A stretch of 64,000 bases of DNA, from the NCBI GenBank assembly GCA_032718475.1, contig JAUCBJ010007108.1, positions 1-64,000 of the forward strand, written 5' to 3'. Within the stretch, counting starts at the first letter, position 1; every line of letters starts with the position of its first letter. The translations under genes and the position numbers were made by a program. Origin of the DNA: Nemertoderma westbladi (Eukaryota; Animalia; Xenacoelomorpha). The notes below the pieces were generated by a model. It worked only from the letters and a program-made list of their open reading frames with translations, made no database searches and was not told the origin of the DNA. Below, piece by piece: positions 14,101-25,395 of the stretch.

Positions 14101-14128
14101 GGAATCCGATCCAGACTTCCGTTGCTGA
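8120..14128 (+). CDS. NIPBL: Nipped-B-like protein / Scc2 cohesin loader, single coding exon, ~2002 aa
   Basis: ATG at 8120; N-terminus IPIINLSGFTSLTDVLSDLPLPAPLP (MAU2-binding region); PVVVL HP1-binding motif; conserved HEAT-repeat blocks FENFVHDLL..VNQPEWPAAELIL, AVRTKAMKCL, VREAAMELLG, DTGVTVRKRVI, QGLIHPVRCVPYL, DNLAYFPY; basic C-terminal tail. Confidence 0.96.
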   Translation: MAEIPIINLSGFTSLTDVLSDLPLPAPLPKHSANLLDKPELVARARQLLHCQDEALVSKLVNALGSVSTEYLDLKNPNINSDVINHNELPPLLQAVLQKDPHVFKKQRLHRNSPITTKLPETTLVATEVDEAGIESCDTAEMESKQQPSDIPLSNIDAPFSPEQSPGSHALPQFMSSSSPIRPARPWPQVTKYNLLNSCGVVSQESNALTGNPVKDEPPGYGSSLNIINQSATFQMPQKKQILKKQHEMMGNHYPAVHLTDVMDPSRAGSKPISSNGTSGSECRMLHPVVVLERTVSEHLFQQASETSDVREPGKKSRELDKLKDYWQPDPGEADFSTRKRKAASVAQYKFKHEFNQGADVPSPDSGEDYQRVTKRRRLDSSGESEPDDDGVAPHKRLVSRKDFAKVKAGRFLTREEMLESRVYSRFISAIDNVLEAVEELDIVADVTSVDDEWECPPEFVIPLPAVKELSTLTAEFKSIGGMKQVSHKKLVKLLQLLDKNIRDACRSRLDQEPSSTAGEDRIWRQLMLDKINRSLESTLITLNILTSNEMPKKVYLEDAIEDSIAFTKFHLTNTIYPRFDPAYKTGDSKNKPSAKVLRAKGPKTDTRFLIMYNKLCEIVNCFSVLVQCQELTDTLILPLSSLAISTFFVENVSELQLNALKLTTVIFSIYPAHRQLILDDILASLSRLPTTKKNLRVFAVSDTESVQMVTALVLQLVQGCVVLPRDEGREEESMSLAALLNKSSKKQAGINAENKKKDQMQDCDVILQQAYDNSSRVAQSFLSVFLSKCSSKCGEEDFRPIFENFVHDLLVVVNQPEWPAAELILSLLGFLLMKHFSNRSTDMSLRTASLDYLGIVAAKLRKDGVSGEHSVDEIKSILEEIDEAKVDDDVDITQRSQHELCRYLTANKSVDCSFEFARNFYFAQWFKDCSLEVEKAQGSPNKKQEVDSVVDMDDVNAKVQVVEKCREFLRSLVSDCESETKKNTVFLTDKQSHVFSIYLASKRSFNRSFNVYLTQILRTLTENAVAVRTKAMKCLALVVESDPGILARKDMQLGVHGRLQDSSTNVREAAMELLGKFILLKPQLVDQYYDMIVTRILDTGVTVRKRVIRILRDICVSHPGYPKTTEICIKIIRRVNDEESIKKLVNEVFTSMWFTPIKARDEDLLIKRVQCINDVVGACIDSRGGGLEWFEALLANLFTAEDGNKASAETSANLKQIRRACQQIVDCLVEHVLNIEEREADKEVDDEAAGNKRVVACMATLYLFCKVRPELVVIHAETLHPYLSTKCSNKHDLLIIDYVCNILEILMPLLSNPSPTFLATIEEAMLKIMMNQNPRQVQSSISCLAAVINGVSHNVKFAYDCFKRFFDCLEQIRGVMDRNSLTSMDPQRYSFMLRSLFVTGLFAKHFELDKDLTDSDDNHDNKTPLSEKTYDLLFSFSEHKFVEARLKAINGLGFLCLSNPHLLLGHRMRELYTDIMENGSPRMKAAVLGNIQGYLQYEEIRSNKIDLMWSKRAKDEDLKEMQDVQSGMASSVIQIYLKLIFDTCFSLVTDLRALALNVISLTLQQGLIHPVRCVPYLVAMESDVDATIRDVASAELLTIERKYPGVIQMKATQGVRDSYRLQCALNPPSKNRLIVRGFRDEACRRAHCHHLYTVIRSSRQHRRALVVQLLTLLDCNDLPLVLYLCDNLAYFPYQTQDEILFLVHHCDVCLSVTGTDILSNFQRAIVPKPSGLEEGKSYSVLIEDLPRKSVAQEETLDEVLERIPDNPTPALWDWYESMLCSSLQVYLKTFLKEAYALSEQRCQQYSPTDASKSNDKPASCRASSMEFRPAPVLAYLERLNGSPLTPDVKREIADQYLWYKDTMLCLDPVEEEVSDFPPPGADGTDRPPPRLPKMRIHLAATALTGLRSDTTSPSLSTMSGVTDASSGATDQVSIGDDIIDDVVPAPEPEPDEATAKKKKSKRGKDKKPKKKQRKKKRKRYSFLSSEGTSGDGGESDPDFRC

Positions 14129-14314
14129 CCGGTCTGTTCATCGTTATTAATGATAGGACTTCCGGTTACACTAACCAGGTTGACCAGGGCGATATTCTAA
14201 CCTCTGGTCGGCTTCACGGTAGCCGACAGCATGAATTTTGGCGTTTCACTGGTGGTTATTTCAGGATCGGTGCATAATGGCCTCTCATATCGGCATATTG
14301 TATGTGTTGTACGT

Positions 14315-16367
14315 TACCGGGTGGTCGCACTGAGTTCGGTATCTGGTTATACCGGGTGTTCGCACTCAGTTCGGTATCTGGTTGTACCGGGTGTTCGCAC
14401 TCAGTTCGGTATCTGGTTGTACCGGGTGTTCGCACTGAGTTCGGTATCTGGTTATACCGGGTGTTCGCACTCAGTTCGGTATCTGGTTGTACCGGGTGTT
14501 CGCACTCAGTTCGGTATCTGGTTGTACCGGGTGTTCGCACTCAGTTCGGTATCTGGTTGTACCGGGTGTTCGCACTCAGTTCGGTATCTGGTTGTACCGG
14601 ATGTTCGCACTCAGTTCGGTATCTGGTTGTACCGGGTGTTCGCACTCAGTTCGGTATCTGGTTGTACCGGGTGTTCGCACTCAGTTCGGTATCTGGTTGT
14701 ACCGGATGTTCGCACTCAGTTCGGTATCTGGTTGTACCGGGTGTTCGCACTCAGTTCGGTATCTGGTTGTACCGGGTGTTCGCACTCAGTTCGGTATCTG
14801 GTTGTACCGGGTGTTCGCACTCAGTTCGGTATCTGGTTGTACCGGGTGTTCGCACTCAGTTCGGTATCTGGTTGTACCGGGTGTTAGCACTCAGTTCGGT
14901 ATCTGGTTGTACCGGGTGTTCGCACTCAGTTCGGTATCTGGTTGTACCGGGTGTTCGCACTCAGTTCGGTATCTGGTTGTACCGGGTGTTCGCACTCAGT
15001 TCGGTATCTGGTTGTACCGGGTGTTCGCACTCATTTCGGTATCTGGTTGTACCGGGTGTTCGCACTCAGTTCGGTATCTGGTTGTACCGGGTGTTCGCAC
15101 TCAGTTCGGTATCTGGTTGTACCGGGTGTTCGCACTCAGTTCGGTATCTGGTTGTACCGGGTGTTCGCACTCAGTTCGGTATCTGGTTGTACCGGGTGTT
15201 CGCACTCAGTTCGGTATCTGGTTGTACCGGGTGTTCGCACTCAGTTCGGTATCTGGTTGTACCGGGTGTTCACACTCAGTTCGGTATCTGGTTGTACCGG
15301 ATGTTCGCACTCAGTTCGGTATCTGGTTGTACCGGGTGTTCGCACTCAGTTCGGTATCTGGTTGTACCGGGTGTTCGCACTCAGTTCGGTATCTGGTTGT
15401 ACCGGATGTTCGCACTCAGTTCGGTATCTGGTTGTACCGGGTGTTCGCACTCAGTTCGGTATCTGGTTGTACCGGGTGTTCGCACTCATTTCGGTATCTG
15501 GTTGTACCGGGTGTTCGCACTCAGTTCGGTATCTGGTTGTACCGGGTGTTCGCACTCAGTTCGGTATCTGGTTGTACCGGGTGTTCGCACTCAGTTCGGT
15601 ATCTGGTTGTACCGGGTGTTCGCACTCATTTCGGTATCTGGTTGTACCGGGTGTTCGCACTCAGTTCGGTATCTGGTTGTACCGGGTATTCGCACTCAGT
15701 TCGGTATCTGGTTGTACCGGGTGTTCGCACTCAGTTCGGTATCTGGTTGTACCGGGTGTTCGCACTCAGTTCGGTATCTGGTTGTACCGGGTGTTCGCAA
15801 TCAGTTCGGTATCTGGTTGTACCGGGTGTTCGCACTCAGTTCGGTATCTGGTTGTACCGGGTGTTCGCACTCAGTTCGGTATCTGGTTGTACCGGGTGTT
15901 CGCACTCATTTCGGTATCTGGTTGTACCGGGTGTTCGCACTCAGTTCGGTATCTGGTTGTACCGGGTGTTCGCATTAAGTTCGGTATCTGGTTGTACCGG
16001 GTGTTCGCACTCAGTTCGGTATCTGGTTGTACCGGGTGTTCGCACTCAGTTCGGTATCTGGTTGTACCAGGTGTTCGCACTCAGTTCGGTATCTGGTTGT
16101 ACCGGGTGTTCGCACTAAGTTCGGTATCTGGTTGTACCGGGTGTTCGCACTCAGTTCGGTATCTGGTTGTACCGGGTGTTCGCACTCATTTCGGTATCTG
16201 GTTGTACCGGGTGTTCGCACTCAGTTCGGTATCTGGTTGTACCGGGTGTTCGCACTCAGTTCGGTATCTGGTTGTACCGGGTGTTCGCACTCAGTTCGGT
16301 ATCTGGTTGTACCGGGTGTTCGCACTCAGTTCGGTATCTGGTTGTACCGGGTGTTCGCACTCAGTTC
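14315..16367. repeat. 35-bp tandem array, ~58 copies
   Basis: Unit CGCACTCAGTTCGGTATCTGGTTGTACCGGGTGTT, head to tail, occasional single substitutions, no spacers. Confidence 0.97.
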
Positions 16368-17820
16368 ACTTTACATCATTAGTTTACTCCATTGATATAA
16401 TATTTTTTTATTTACAGTGCGATGTATTTTATTAGGATGTCTCTGCTGTTATTTTTATATATTTTTTCTCACAGGTTAAAAAGGAGAAGGTTTGTTGTTG
16501 TTACCTTTACTTTCGGTTTGCACTTATATTTTCCAATATATTTTTGGTAATAATATATTTTGTGGCTTGGTTTATTAATTAGCTTGATTTTCACGATAAC
16601 CCATGTTCAGTTTATGTTATACAGCGAACTCACTTTCTCATATCACAATATTGGCATTTATAGTTCGGCCCGGTCGGCTGATTGTTCGTTCATTTGTTGG
16701 CTTACTGTACTATCTTCAGTTTGAATTAAACAAAATACATTAAATTCTATGAATTATTATATTATGTTGTTCTAAACCTAAACTGGAATATAAAGGCTCC
16801 AATATCTTGTTATTTTTTTATTTAATCATTGAAAGCATTCATCAATGAAGGTGCATTAGATATAAACTAGTTGGGCTCTTTACGCTTTCAGTATAATATA
16901 GTTTAATGGTAGTCCTTATATGCCTATAATTTGTATCAGGAAATTTTAACTTCTATTGATAATAATAATCGACTTATATTTCTTATATGAGAAAGGGAAA
17001 TGGATGAAAAGTTCCATTTCCGTTTTATGCCCTTTTTGTTTTGTGGTGGTAAACATTCTAGTAAAAAAAAACAATAAGAAAACGCAGCTCATAATGTCAA
17101 CAAAAATAAGCGGAAAAAGGTGTCATTGTGGTTTCATTGTTCTAAAAAATGCGGCCACAAACGCAGTAAAAATTCGCGGTCCTAAGCTGAAAATCACCGA
17201 AATTAATATATTTGTGCCAAACCCTATAATACGAAATGTTTAATTAGAAACTAAACGTTTCCACAGCGTCTGTGTACTTTATTGAGATTTATTCCTCGAA
17301 CTGTTTTTCTAACTTTTGTTATTCAAGGGCCCGAGTCTCTCATCGAATTATTTTGTCTACTTATAAAATGTGCCGCCAAGTTTTTAATAACAGAAAATAA
17401 ATTTTTAATGTTATGTTTGTTAATATATTATTTCCTTTCGTATTTCATTTTAATTCAATTATTTGTACAAGTACAAGATTACATGTTATGTTGGTTACCG
17501 TTTGTTTTATATTTTATTTATGTTAAAAGCGAATCGCAATATGTTCAATTAGTATAGAATGTTTGCTAGCTTTCTACATCTCTCTTTTTCTTGAAGCGGC
17601 AATTTTGAAACAGTTTATCGTATTCCAAATTTCTGCGATAATGGATATCCGTACTTATTCTGTATAGAAACTATAAATAGTTTAATTCAGCAGTATTTTA
17701 ATTTGCTTTTGTAATTGCATCACTGTTATGGATGTGCAGAGCAGAATATCGAGAACTAATCCGTGTATGATTAAAACAATCCCACATAAAAAGTCGGGAG
17801 GTGTGGGGAATCATGCCCTT

Positions 17821-18196
17821 ACGTTCCGCTACACTACAGTCCGCTTCCCACGTTCCGCTACACTACAGTCCGCTTCCCACGTTCCGCTACACTACAGTCC
17901 GCTTCCCACGTTCCGCTACACTACAGTCCGCTTCCCACGTTCCGCTACACTACAGTCCGCTTCCCACGTTCCGCTACACTACAGTCCGCTTCCCACGTTC
18001 CGCTACACTACAGTCCGCTTCCCACGTTCCGCTACACTACAGTCCGCTTCCCACGTTCCGCTACACTACAGTCCGCTTCCCACGTTCCGCTACACTACAG
18101 TCCGCTTCCCACGTTCCGCTACACTACAGTCCGCTTCCCACGTTCCGCTACACTACAGTCCGCTTCCCACGTTCCGCTACACTACAGTCCGCTTCC
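17821..18196. repeat. 29-bp tandem array, ~13 copies
   Basis: Unit ACGTTCCGCTACACTACAGTCCGCTTCCC. Confidence 0.95.
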
Positions 18197-18320
18197 TTCG
18201 CGGACCTCCGATGCGCTCCACTACAGCCCTCCGACAGGATTCTATTTTTTGTTTTAGTCGTGTAGTCGGTCCAATGGAGAACTATTCCTAAAAGTTTGCT
18301 ATTTTTTATTAGTCGATTAA

Positions 18321-18478
18321 TAACTATTTACATCATTGTGTGCAAAGTACCACTTTGCAGCGTTATGACCCGATTTTATTTATGTACCGAGCGAGCGAAG
18401 CGAGGGAGGTTTACATAAATAAACAAGGGTCTTTAACGCTGCAAAGTGCTACTTTGCACACAATGATGTAAATAGTTA
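18321..18478. mobile_element. Short palindromic (foldback) element; related half copy at ~45405-45518
   Basis: TAACTATTTACATCATTGTGTGCAAAGT ... ACTTTGCACACAATGATGTAAATAGTTA around a CGAGCGAGCGAAGCGAG core; reverse-complement core CGCTCGCTCGGTACATAAAT at ~45427. Confidence 0.65.
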
Positions 18479-19497
18479 CAAAACAGTTTAAACTTTTTTT
18501 TTTTTAATTTATCGGTCCCATCTATAGGAAAAACGTTTATTTTCTGAGATAATCCCATACTTTATATCTGCCGTGCGATGCGGTTTGTATATTTTAGTTT
18601 TTTTTTAGATATCGTATCGTAGCTGTGTAATGTGTGTGTGTATACTGTATAGCTAATTTCTAACGCATGTTTTCTTCGGATTAAATCTTATGTATCAGGC
18701 CGAATATCTGCTACATCCGTTATAGTTTACTATTACAATATTATATTTAAGTTGTTTTGGCGGCTGTATTGTAGTTTGGCTAATTATAGATGTCATGTAA
18801 TTTTTGAGTTCCTCTTACAAATTAAATAAGGTACTTATTATTATTATAGTGACAAGTTTAGGTTTTATAAGATTCATATAAAGTGCATGGAAAATAAGTT
18901 AGCACTTTATCCCCCATCGATCCCACCCATTGTACATCAGTCAGTGGTTCTTATGGAAAAAACGACTGGACAGAATTGTTTCCAATGCAATAAAGAGGTT
19001 TTTACCTGAATAAAGTAAATTCAATCTATTTCATTGTGACTTCAGCTTTTTTGCCTTTTATACAGTTGGGATTTAAAGTGCTATCTTAAATCGTAAACCT
19101 AAGGGCGGGATATAGACGCAATTAATCGTAAACCCAAGGGCGGGATATAGACGCAATTAAAGATTAAAATATGTATTTTGCGTTTTTGAACGTAAACTAC
19201 TGGATTTATTATTATTTATTTAAACTGCATCACGTTTTTCATCTCAACGGTCGCATCCCAATGATATACAATAATGGCTGCTATAATAATTACTTAGATC
19301 TTTATTTTCTGTTCATGCAATCAATCATCTATTCAACTCAATGCTTGCGAATTTTATTAAACGCAAAACCCTATAAGCTAGCAGCAGTAAGCACCTTTTA
19401 TGTTGCCAGATATTAAGCAATAGTATTTAAATTTTTACTTCTTATTTGATTGAACCACATCTCGTTCGTACTTGGTTATTGTACATCTTTTGTTTAA

Positions 19498-19693
19498 CAA
19501 AGCAGTGCTAGTAACATAAAGCAGTGCTAGTAACATAAAGCAGTGCTAGTAAAATAAAGCAGTGCCAGTAACATAAAGCAGTGCTAGTAACATAAAGCAG
19601 TGCTAGTAACATAAAGCAGTGCTAGTACATAAAGCAGTGCTAGTAAAATAAAGCAGTGCCAGTAACATAAAGCAGTGCTAGTAACATAAACAG
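19498..19693. repeat. 19-bp tandem array, ~10 copies
   Basis: Unit AAAGCAGTGCTAGTAACAT. Confidence 0.93.
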
Positions 19694-20569
19694 CTTTAAT
19701 ATTTGTAATATTATTTGAGGAAGTTTATGATATGAATATTAGTCGATGGAATGCATTAATACCAGTAATACATTGTGCAAATCCTTTGCACCTCATATAC
19801 TTATATTATAGTATAGTAACCATAACCATTAATTTCGCGTTAATATTGTATTAACCTATCCTTCGATTACATAAAACATTAATTATTATATTGTAGTTAG
19901 AACATTTGTATTAGAACATTAAAAATCCTTGTAAAACGAATTTTGTGATTCTTTCTATTTTATAGGATATTCTGTACTCTATTAGAATAGATGATATTAT
20001 ATTCATTAATAATTAATCTCAGTGCTTTTTTGCTTTATTTGTGGCAATATTAGATATAATTATAATTGTTTATAAATTTATAAATATTAGTGTGTTGTAA
20101 ATTGTGTGTGTTGCATTACAAATGAGTATACTGTACGGTACGTGTGATATGTTTCTGTTACGTTTGTATACCGTCGATATTGTTTGATGTGTAATAATAC
20201 GTATAATTATATTTCTTTATGATTCTAGTGTATTATTAATTATAATTTTGCTGAATAGCCAATAACTTTATTTCTACAACAGATACATATTATATATATA
20301 TATATTATATATATATCTTTCTTTGTAATTTAATTTTAACGTTCTTTAACTCAACGTCGAAAGTAAGATACTCATCTTACATGTCGCCACTTTCAACAGA
20401 TTTAAAAGTAACTTTTGGATAACTATTATTAATTATTATTGTTAATTTGATGAAATATTTATTATTATCACTCTTAAATAATTAATATACATTCGGTTTA
20501 CAATTAATTTGTTAGACAATTACTTCGATTCGATACCAAATGGTCCCGCAGTGCAACATCTTCAGAATG

Positions 20570-21943
20570 TTAAAACCTTAAAAATAAATCTCTATTCGTC
20601 GCGCCCCTTTGCGGACTCGCTTCGGGGCTGGCGTTCTCGGATCCCGGTTTCGATAGCGACGGGTTAGCCATGACGTCACCGGCACTCAACCCCACTGCGG
20701 GACTGTGCCACGATCCGATCTCGTCCCGTAGACTCCCGATGGACTCGGTAAGCTCCCGAATCCTACCGCGGAGCTCCGCGGCAACTCGGTTGCGTTCATC
20801 CAGCTCCCATCGCGGTAGGAGATCCACGGGATCTGGCTCCCCCTCATTGGTCGACTCCTCAAACACAGTGCTCAACCCTCGCATCTGGGTCCCGTGTCCC
20901 TCTTCTGTCTCCACATCTTTTGCTGCCTCGATAACTTCATTAACGTAGTCCACAATATGACCAGAAGTTCTTTTATCAATTTGGGCTTGAAGATTTATAA
21001 TTTCTGCCTCCAAATCTTTCCTTTCAGCCACAATCGCATCAATATCTTCATTTGGTTGGTTCTCAAGAACATAGAGTCTATCTTTCAAATCATCATTAAT
21101 GGCGCGCTCTTCTCCAAGAACTTCCACCAGATTGTCCATCAACGCATCCATCTTCTCATAAATCTCGCAAACTTTGCGTTTCTCATTCTCTCCGTTATCC
21201 TGTTGGTCGTCCACGGCCGCGACTAACTTCCGGATATCCTCCGAGAGGGCCGCGTTCTCGTAACTAATTTGTCGCGTTTCCTCGTTTAGATTATCTTTCT
21301 CCATCACCTCGTCCTGCTTCAAACAACGTAGCTCGATAACGCGGTAGGTGTAGGACTCAATAATTTCCTTTAATTCCACCGCTGACATTCTTTGTAACTC
21401 CTTGGACAAGCGATGTTTCGAATTATTGCTGGAAATCGTTTCTTCCGCAGAGTCGACAACAGGTAGTTGTGACCTAGTACCTCGTTCGCTCTCTAGTTTA
21501 GCCGGTTGTTCGCTATTGACCCGATGGCTGTCTGGTATAGCCACTCCAGTAAACCGTCGTTGACACACACAAACGGAGCCTTTAATCTCGTCTATTAAAC
21601 TCGGATACCCTAACGCCAGCGAGGTACCCGATGGCTCAGAGGACTCGATGACCGATCGCCCACCCGGGATTAGAGAATCGTCCGACAGTCCTGCCCCCTG
21701 ACCCTGTACATCCGAACGACCTGCCCCCTGACCCTGTACATCCGAACGACCTGCCTCCAGTCCCCGCCCCTGACCCTGTACATCCGAACGACCTGCCTCC
21801 AGTCCCCGTATATCCTCCTCCCTCCCTATGCTAGACGGCTCTGTCTCCAATCTCTCAGCAGTTTCCATTCCCCCCTTTCCGTAAACATTGCACCGCAGTT
21901 GTAGCTCCTCTGGCAATGTCATCAACGGACTCAATTCAGATTT
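20570..21943 (-). CDS. Large (probably last) coding exon of an uncharacterised acidic coiled-coil protein
   Basis: 457 open codons; minus-strand acceptor tttttacaattatAG directly before 21943 (phase 0, KSELSPL...); heptad-rich E/L/K segments; internal GRSDVQGQ repeats. Confidence 0.7.
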   Translation of the reverse strand, partial: KSELSPLMTLPEELQLRCNVYGKGGMETAERLETEPSSIGREEDIRGLEAGRSDVQGQGRGLEAGRSDVQGQGAGRSDVQGQGAGLSDDSLIPGGRSVIESSEPSGTSLALGYPSLIDEIKGSVCVCQRRFTGVAIPDSHRVNSEQPAKLESERGTRSQLPVVDSAEETISSNNSKHRLSKELQRMSAVELKEIIESYTYRVIELRCLKQDEVMEKDNLNEETRQISYENAALSEDIRKLVAAVDDQQDNGENEKRKVCEIYEKMDALMDNLVEVLGEERAINDDLKDRLYVLENQPNEDIDAIVAERKDLEAEIINLQAQIDKRTSGHIVDYVNEVIEAAKDVETEEGHGTQMRGLSTVFEESTNEGEPDPVDLLPRWELDERNRVAAELRGRIRELTESIGSLRDEIGSWHSPAVGLSAGDVMANPSLSKPGSENASPEASPQRGATNRDLFLRF

Positions 21944-22543
21944 CTATAATTGTAAAAAATATCCTGTCACTGCGAGAGATATGTTAGTTCTAGAACAGAT
22001 ATTGGTTTTCTATAACATTTTTTGTCAAGAAAAAAATAAAACTGGAGCGTATATAAATCCAGGGATCGTTATACCGATTGTAAAAATGTATTTCTTTTAG
22101 AGACTAATAATATAACACTAGGTAACATGATAATGAGGTTGATTTCTAACACTCCCATCCGACTCCCATCCGGACCCATCCGACTCCCATCCGGACACAA
22201 AGTAATTAGTTATATTTTATTTAATTATTTACATTCTATTTTAATTTAATTTAAATTAAATTTCAAATTTTTAAATCTTAATCACATTGCTTGGAATTTG
22301 AAACACATTTTTTATAAGATTTAAGATTTTTATAAGATTTTTAAAAAATTATCTTTTGCGAAATCGCACTCACTGATCGTGGCCATTCTTCACATTAGTC
22401 GTATTTTTTTTTCATATCAATAGAAAGCTTGCGTTGCAAGGATTTCAATTATGTAACAATGTCTGAATTTCGTTGAGAAACAGCTGAGCCTGAGATGTAT
22501 GCGTTCAAATTTGCGAGAATTATTGTTCACCCAAGGCCATTTA

Positions 22544-24147
22544 TTGGACGGATCCATCATGCTTGTCCTTATTTTTGGACGGATCCATCATGGATGTCCT
22601 TATTTTTGGACGGATCCATCATGGATGTCCTTATTTTTGGACGGATCCCTCATGGATGTCCTTATTTTTGGACGGATCCATCATGGATGTCCTTATTTTT
22701 GGACGGATCCCTCATGGATGTCCTTATTTTTGGACGGATCCATCATGGATGTTGGACGGATCCATCATGTATGTCCTTATTTTTGAACGGATCCATAATG
22801 GATGTCCTTATTTTTGGACGGATCCATCATGGATGTTGGACGGATCCATCATGGATGTCCTTATTTTTGGACGGAACCATCATGGATGTCCTTATCTTTG
22901 GACGGATCCATCATGGATGTCCTTATTTTTGGACGGATCCATCATGGATGTTAGACGGATCCATGATGGATGTCCGTATTTTTGGACGGATCCATCATTG
23001 ATGTTGGACGGATCCATCATGGATGTCCTTATTTTTGGACGGATCCATCATGGATGTTGTACGGATCCATCATGGATGTCCTCAGTTTTGGACGGATCCA
23101 TCATTGATTTTGGACGGATCCATCATGGATGTCCTTATTTTTGGACGGATCCATCATGGATGTTGGACGGATCCATGATGGATGTCCGTATTTTTGGACG
23201 GATCCATCATTGATGTTGGACGGATACATCATGGATGTCTTTATTTTTAGAAGGATCCATCATGGATGTTGGACGGATCCATCATGGATGTCTTTATTTT
23301 TGGACGGATCCACCATGGATGTTGGACGGATCCATCATGGATGTCCTTATTTTTGGACGTATCCATCATGGATGTTGGACGGATACATCATGGATGTCCT
23401 TAGTTTTGGACGGATCCATCATGGATGTTGGACGGATCCACCATGGATGTCCTTATTTTTGGACGGATCCATCATGGATGTTGGACGGATCCATCATGGA
23501 TGTCCTTATTTTTAGACGGATCCATCATGGATGTTGGACGGATCCATGATGGATGTCCTTATTTTTGGACGGATCCATCATGGATGTCCTTAGTTTTGGA
23601 CGGATCCATCATGGATGTTGGACGGATCCATCATGGATGTTGGACGGATCCATCATGGATGTTGGACGGATCCATCATGGATGTTGGACGGATCCATGAT
23701 GGATGTCCTTATTTTTGGACGGATCCATCATGGATGTTGGACGGATCCATGATGGATGTCCTTATTTTTGGACGGATCCATGATGGATGTCCTTATTTTT
23801 GGACGGATCCATCATGGATGTTGTACGGATCCATCATGGATGTCCTTATTTTGGACGGATCCATCATGGATGTTGGACGGATCCATGATGGATGTCCTTA
23901 TTTTTGGACGGATCTATCATGGATGTTGGACGGATCCATGATGGATGTCCTTATTTTTGGACGCATCCATCATGGATGTTGGACGGATCTATGATGGATG
24001 TCCTTATTTTTGGACGGATCCATGACGGATGTCCTTATTTTTGGACGGATCCATCATGGATGTTGGACGGATCCATCATGGATGTCCTTAGTTTTGGACG
24101 GATCCATCATGGATGTCCTTATTTTTGGACGCATCCATCATGGATGT
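22544..24147. repeat. 31-bp/22-bp mixed-unit palindromic tandem array (resumes at 42789-42884)
   Basis: Units TTTTTGGACGGATCCATCATGGATGTCCTTA and TTGGACGGATCCATCATGGATG; resumes in register after the right LTR. Confidence 0.95.
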
Positions 24148-25317
24148 TGTTTGCGCTTTTAAGACCTTTGACAGTTTAACCTGCCAAAATTAGAATGTCT
24201 TTTGGATGATAGATAGTCTTTAGCCTATGACGAGTATTTGATACACTACATTAGCTGAAGCCAGTCTATGCGCAATCATTCACCCGCTGGATATACCCGG
24301 GAGACTGAATTCGGAAGCTTAATGATTGATGGTGTAAGCCTACTGTATTATTCGACTGATCGTAATATATAATCTCTGACAAATATTATTCACTTTCGGG
24401 AAATATTAACAGTTCCTTTAGGACGTGGCGCTCTAAATATGTAAACAGAGTTATGACTTAAACTAGACACAACGAAAAGGCTATAGATTCACGTATATGG
24501 CGCATTCTTTAGGAGATGCTTTGTTATCAGTTACACTCATACACAATGCTGCACAATACTGCACACTAATCTGCCGACCTTCACTAAATTTGGTCACGTA
24601 TAAAGAGAGCAACATACAATTTATGTCGGGCATATGAAATAGCATTAGATTCACTTCAAACCACCGTCGCAATCGTTTATCTGTAACCGGTCTCTCTAAC
24701 CTTTAGTATATCAAGAAGATTGGGATGTCGGACTATTGATCAGTATTCCGATATAATATTTCATCAACAAATATAACGAATAACCGACAGTAAAAGCAGT
24801 AAAGTTAAGGTATAAATGATTATTAAGTGAGTGAATTAACTCGGTAACTCGTTTGCATTGGTATGGTTAGGTTAGATAACAGATATACGTTCTATAATTA
24901 AGCCTACTAATGTAAGACTAAAGACTGAAACACGGAGGTGCCAAAAGCCGGTGTTCTTAGGCTCTGGGCAAAAACATAACACTGAATTCCTGAGTTTCTG
25001 TATCCACCTCCAACACAGAGACAAAAAACGCTCTGATTGGTCGACCGAACAACGAGAGAACAAAGAAACAAAGAAATGTCGACGTGGCAATATCAGCTGT
25101 TAGATCATCATGGTAGCGACACTGTTTTCAAGAGTATCGAGCTTATTGCGTCCCGAAATTGCGGATTATGTCCTCTAAAGTACAAATACAGAAGAAATGG
25201 CTTTTATGTCCTCTAAAACACCAGTACAGTAAGGACACGGCCTTTTTATGCCCAGTAAACCAACTACAGAGTACTTTACGGGGAAAATAACCGGCTAATT
25301 ACGCAAAAGCTTTTACA
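24148..25317 (-). repeat. 3' LTR (1170 bp)
   Basis: TGTTTGCGC...GCTTTTACA, direct repeat of 41609-42788 with a few substitutions and small indels. Confidence 0.95.
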
Positions 25318-25395
25318 CCGCTCCCAGAAAATGGGATTTAAGTCTATAAAATATAACAAATCACAGTTTCTAAAATATAAAGATACTCTAAACAG

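Noticed and set aside
8374-14141. Many short antisense and alternate-frame ORFs within NIPBL (and within the BEL ORFs)
   Set aside because: Shadow ORFs expected from GC-rich codon usage; no recognisable motifs
14315-16367. 35-bp repeat array as a CRISPR array
   Set aside because: Units are contiguous with no unique spacers, there are no cas genes, and the context is eukaryotic
14231-16435. Long ORFs in all three frames over the 35-bp array (likewise 17728-18291, 22495-24179, 49612-50495)
   Set aside because: Artefacts of stop-free tandem units; only 50390-50491 is a real exon
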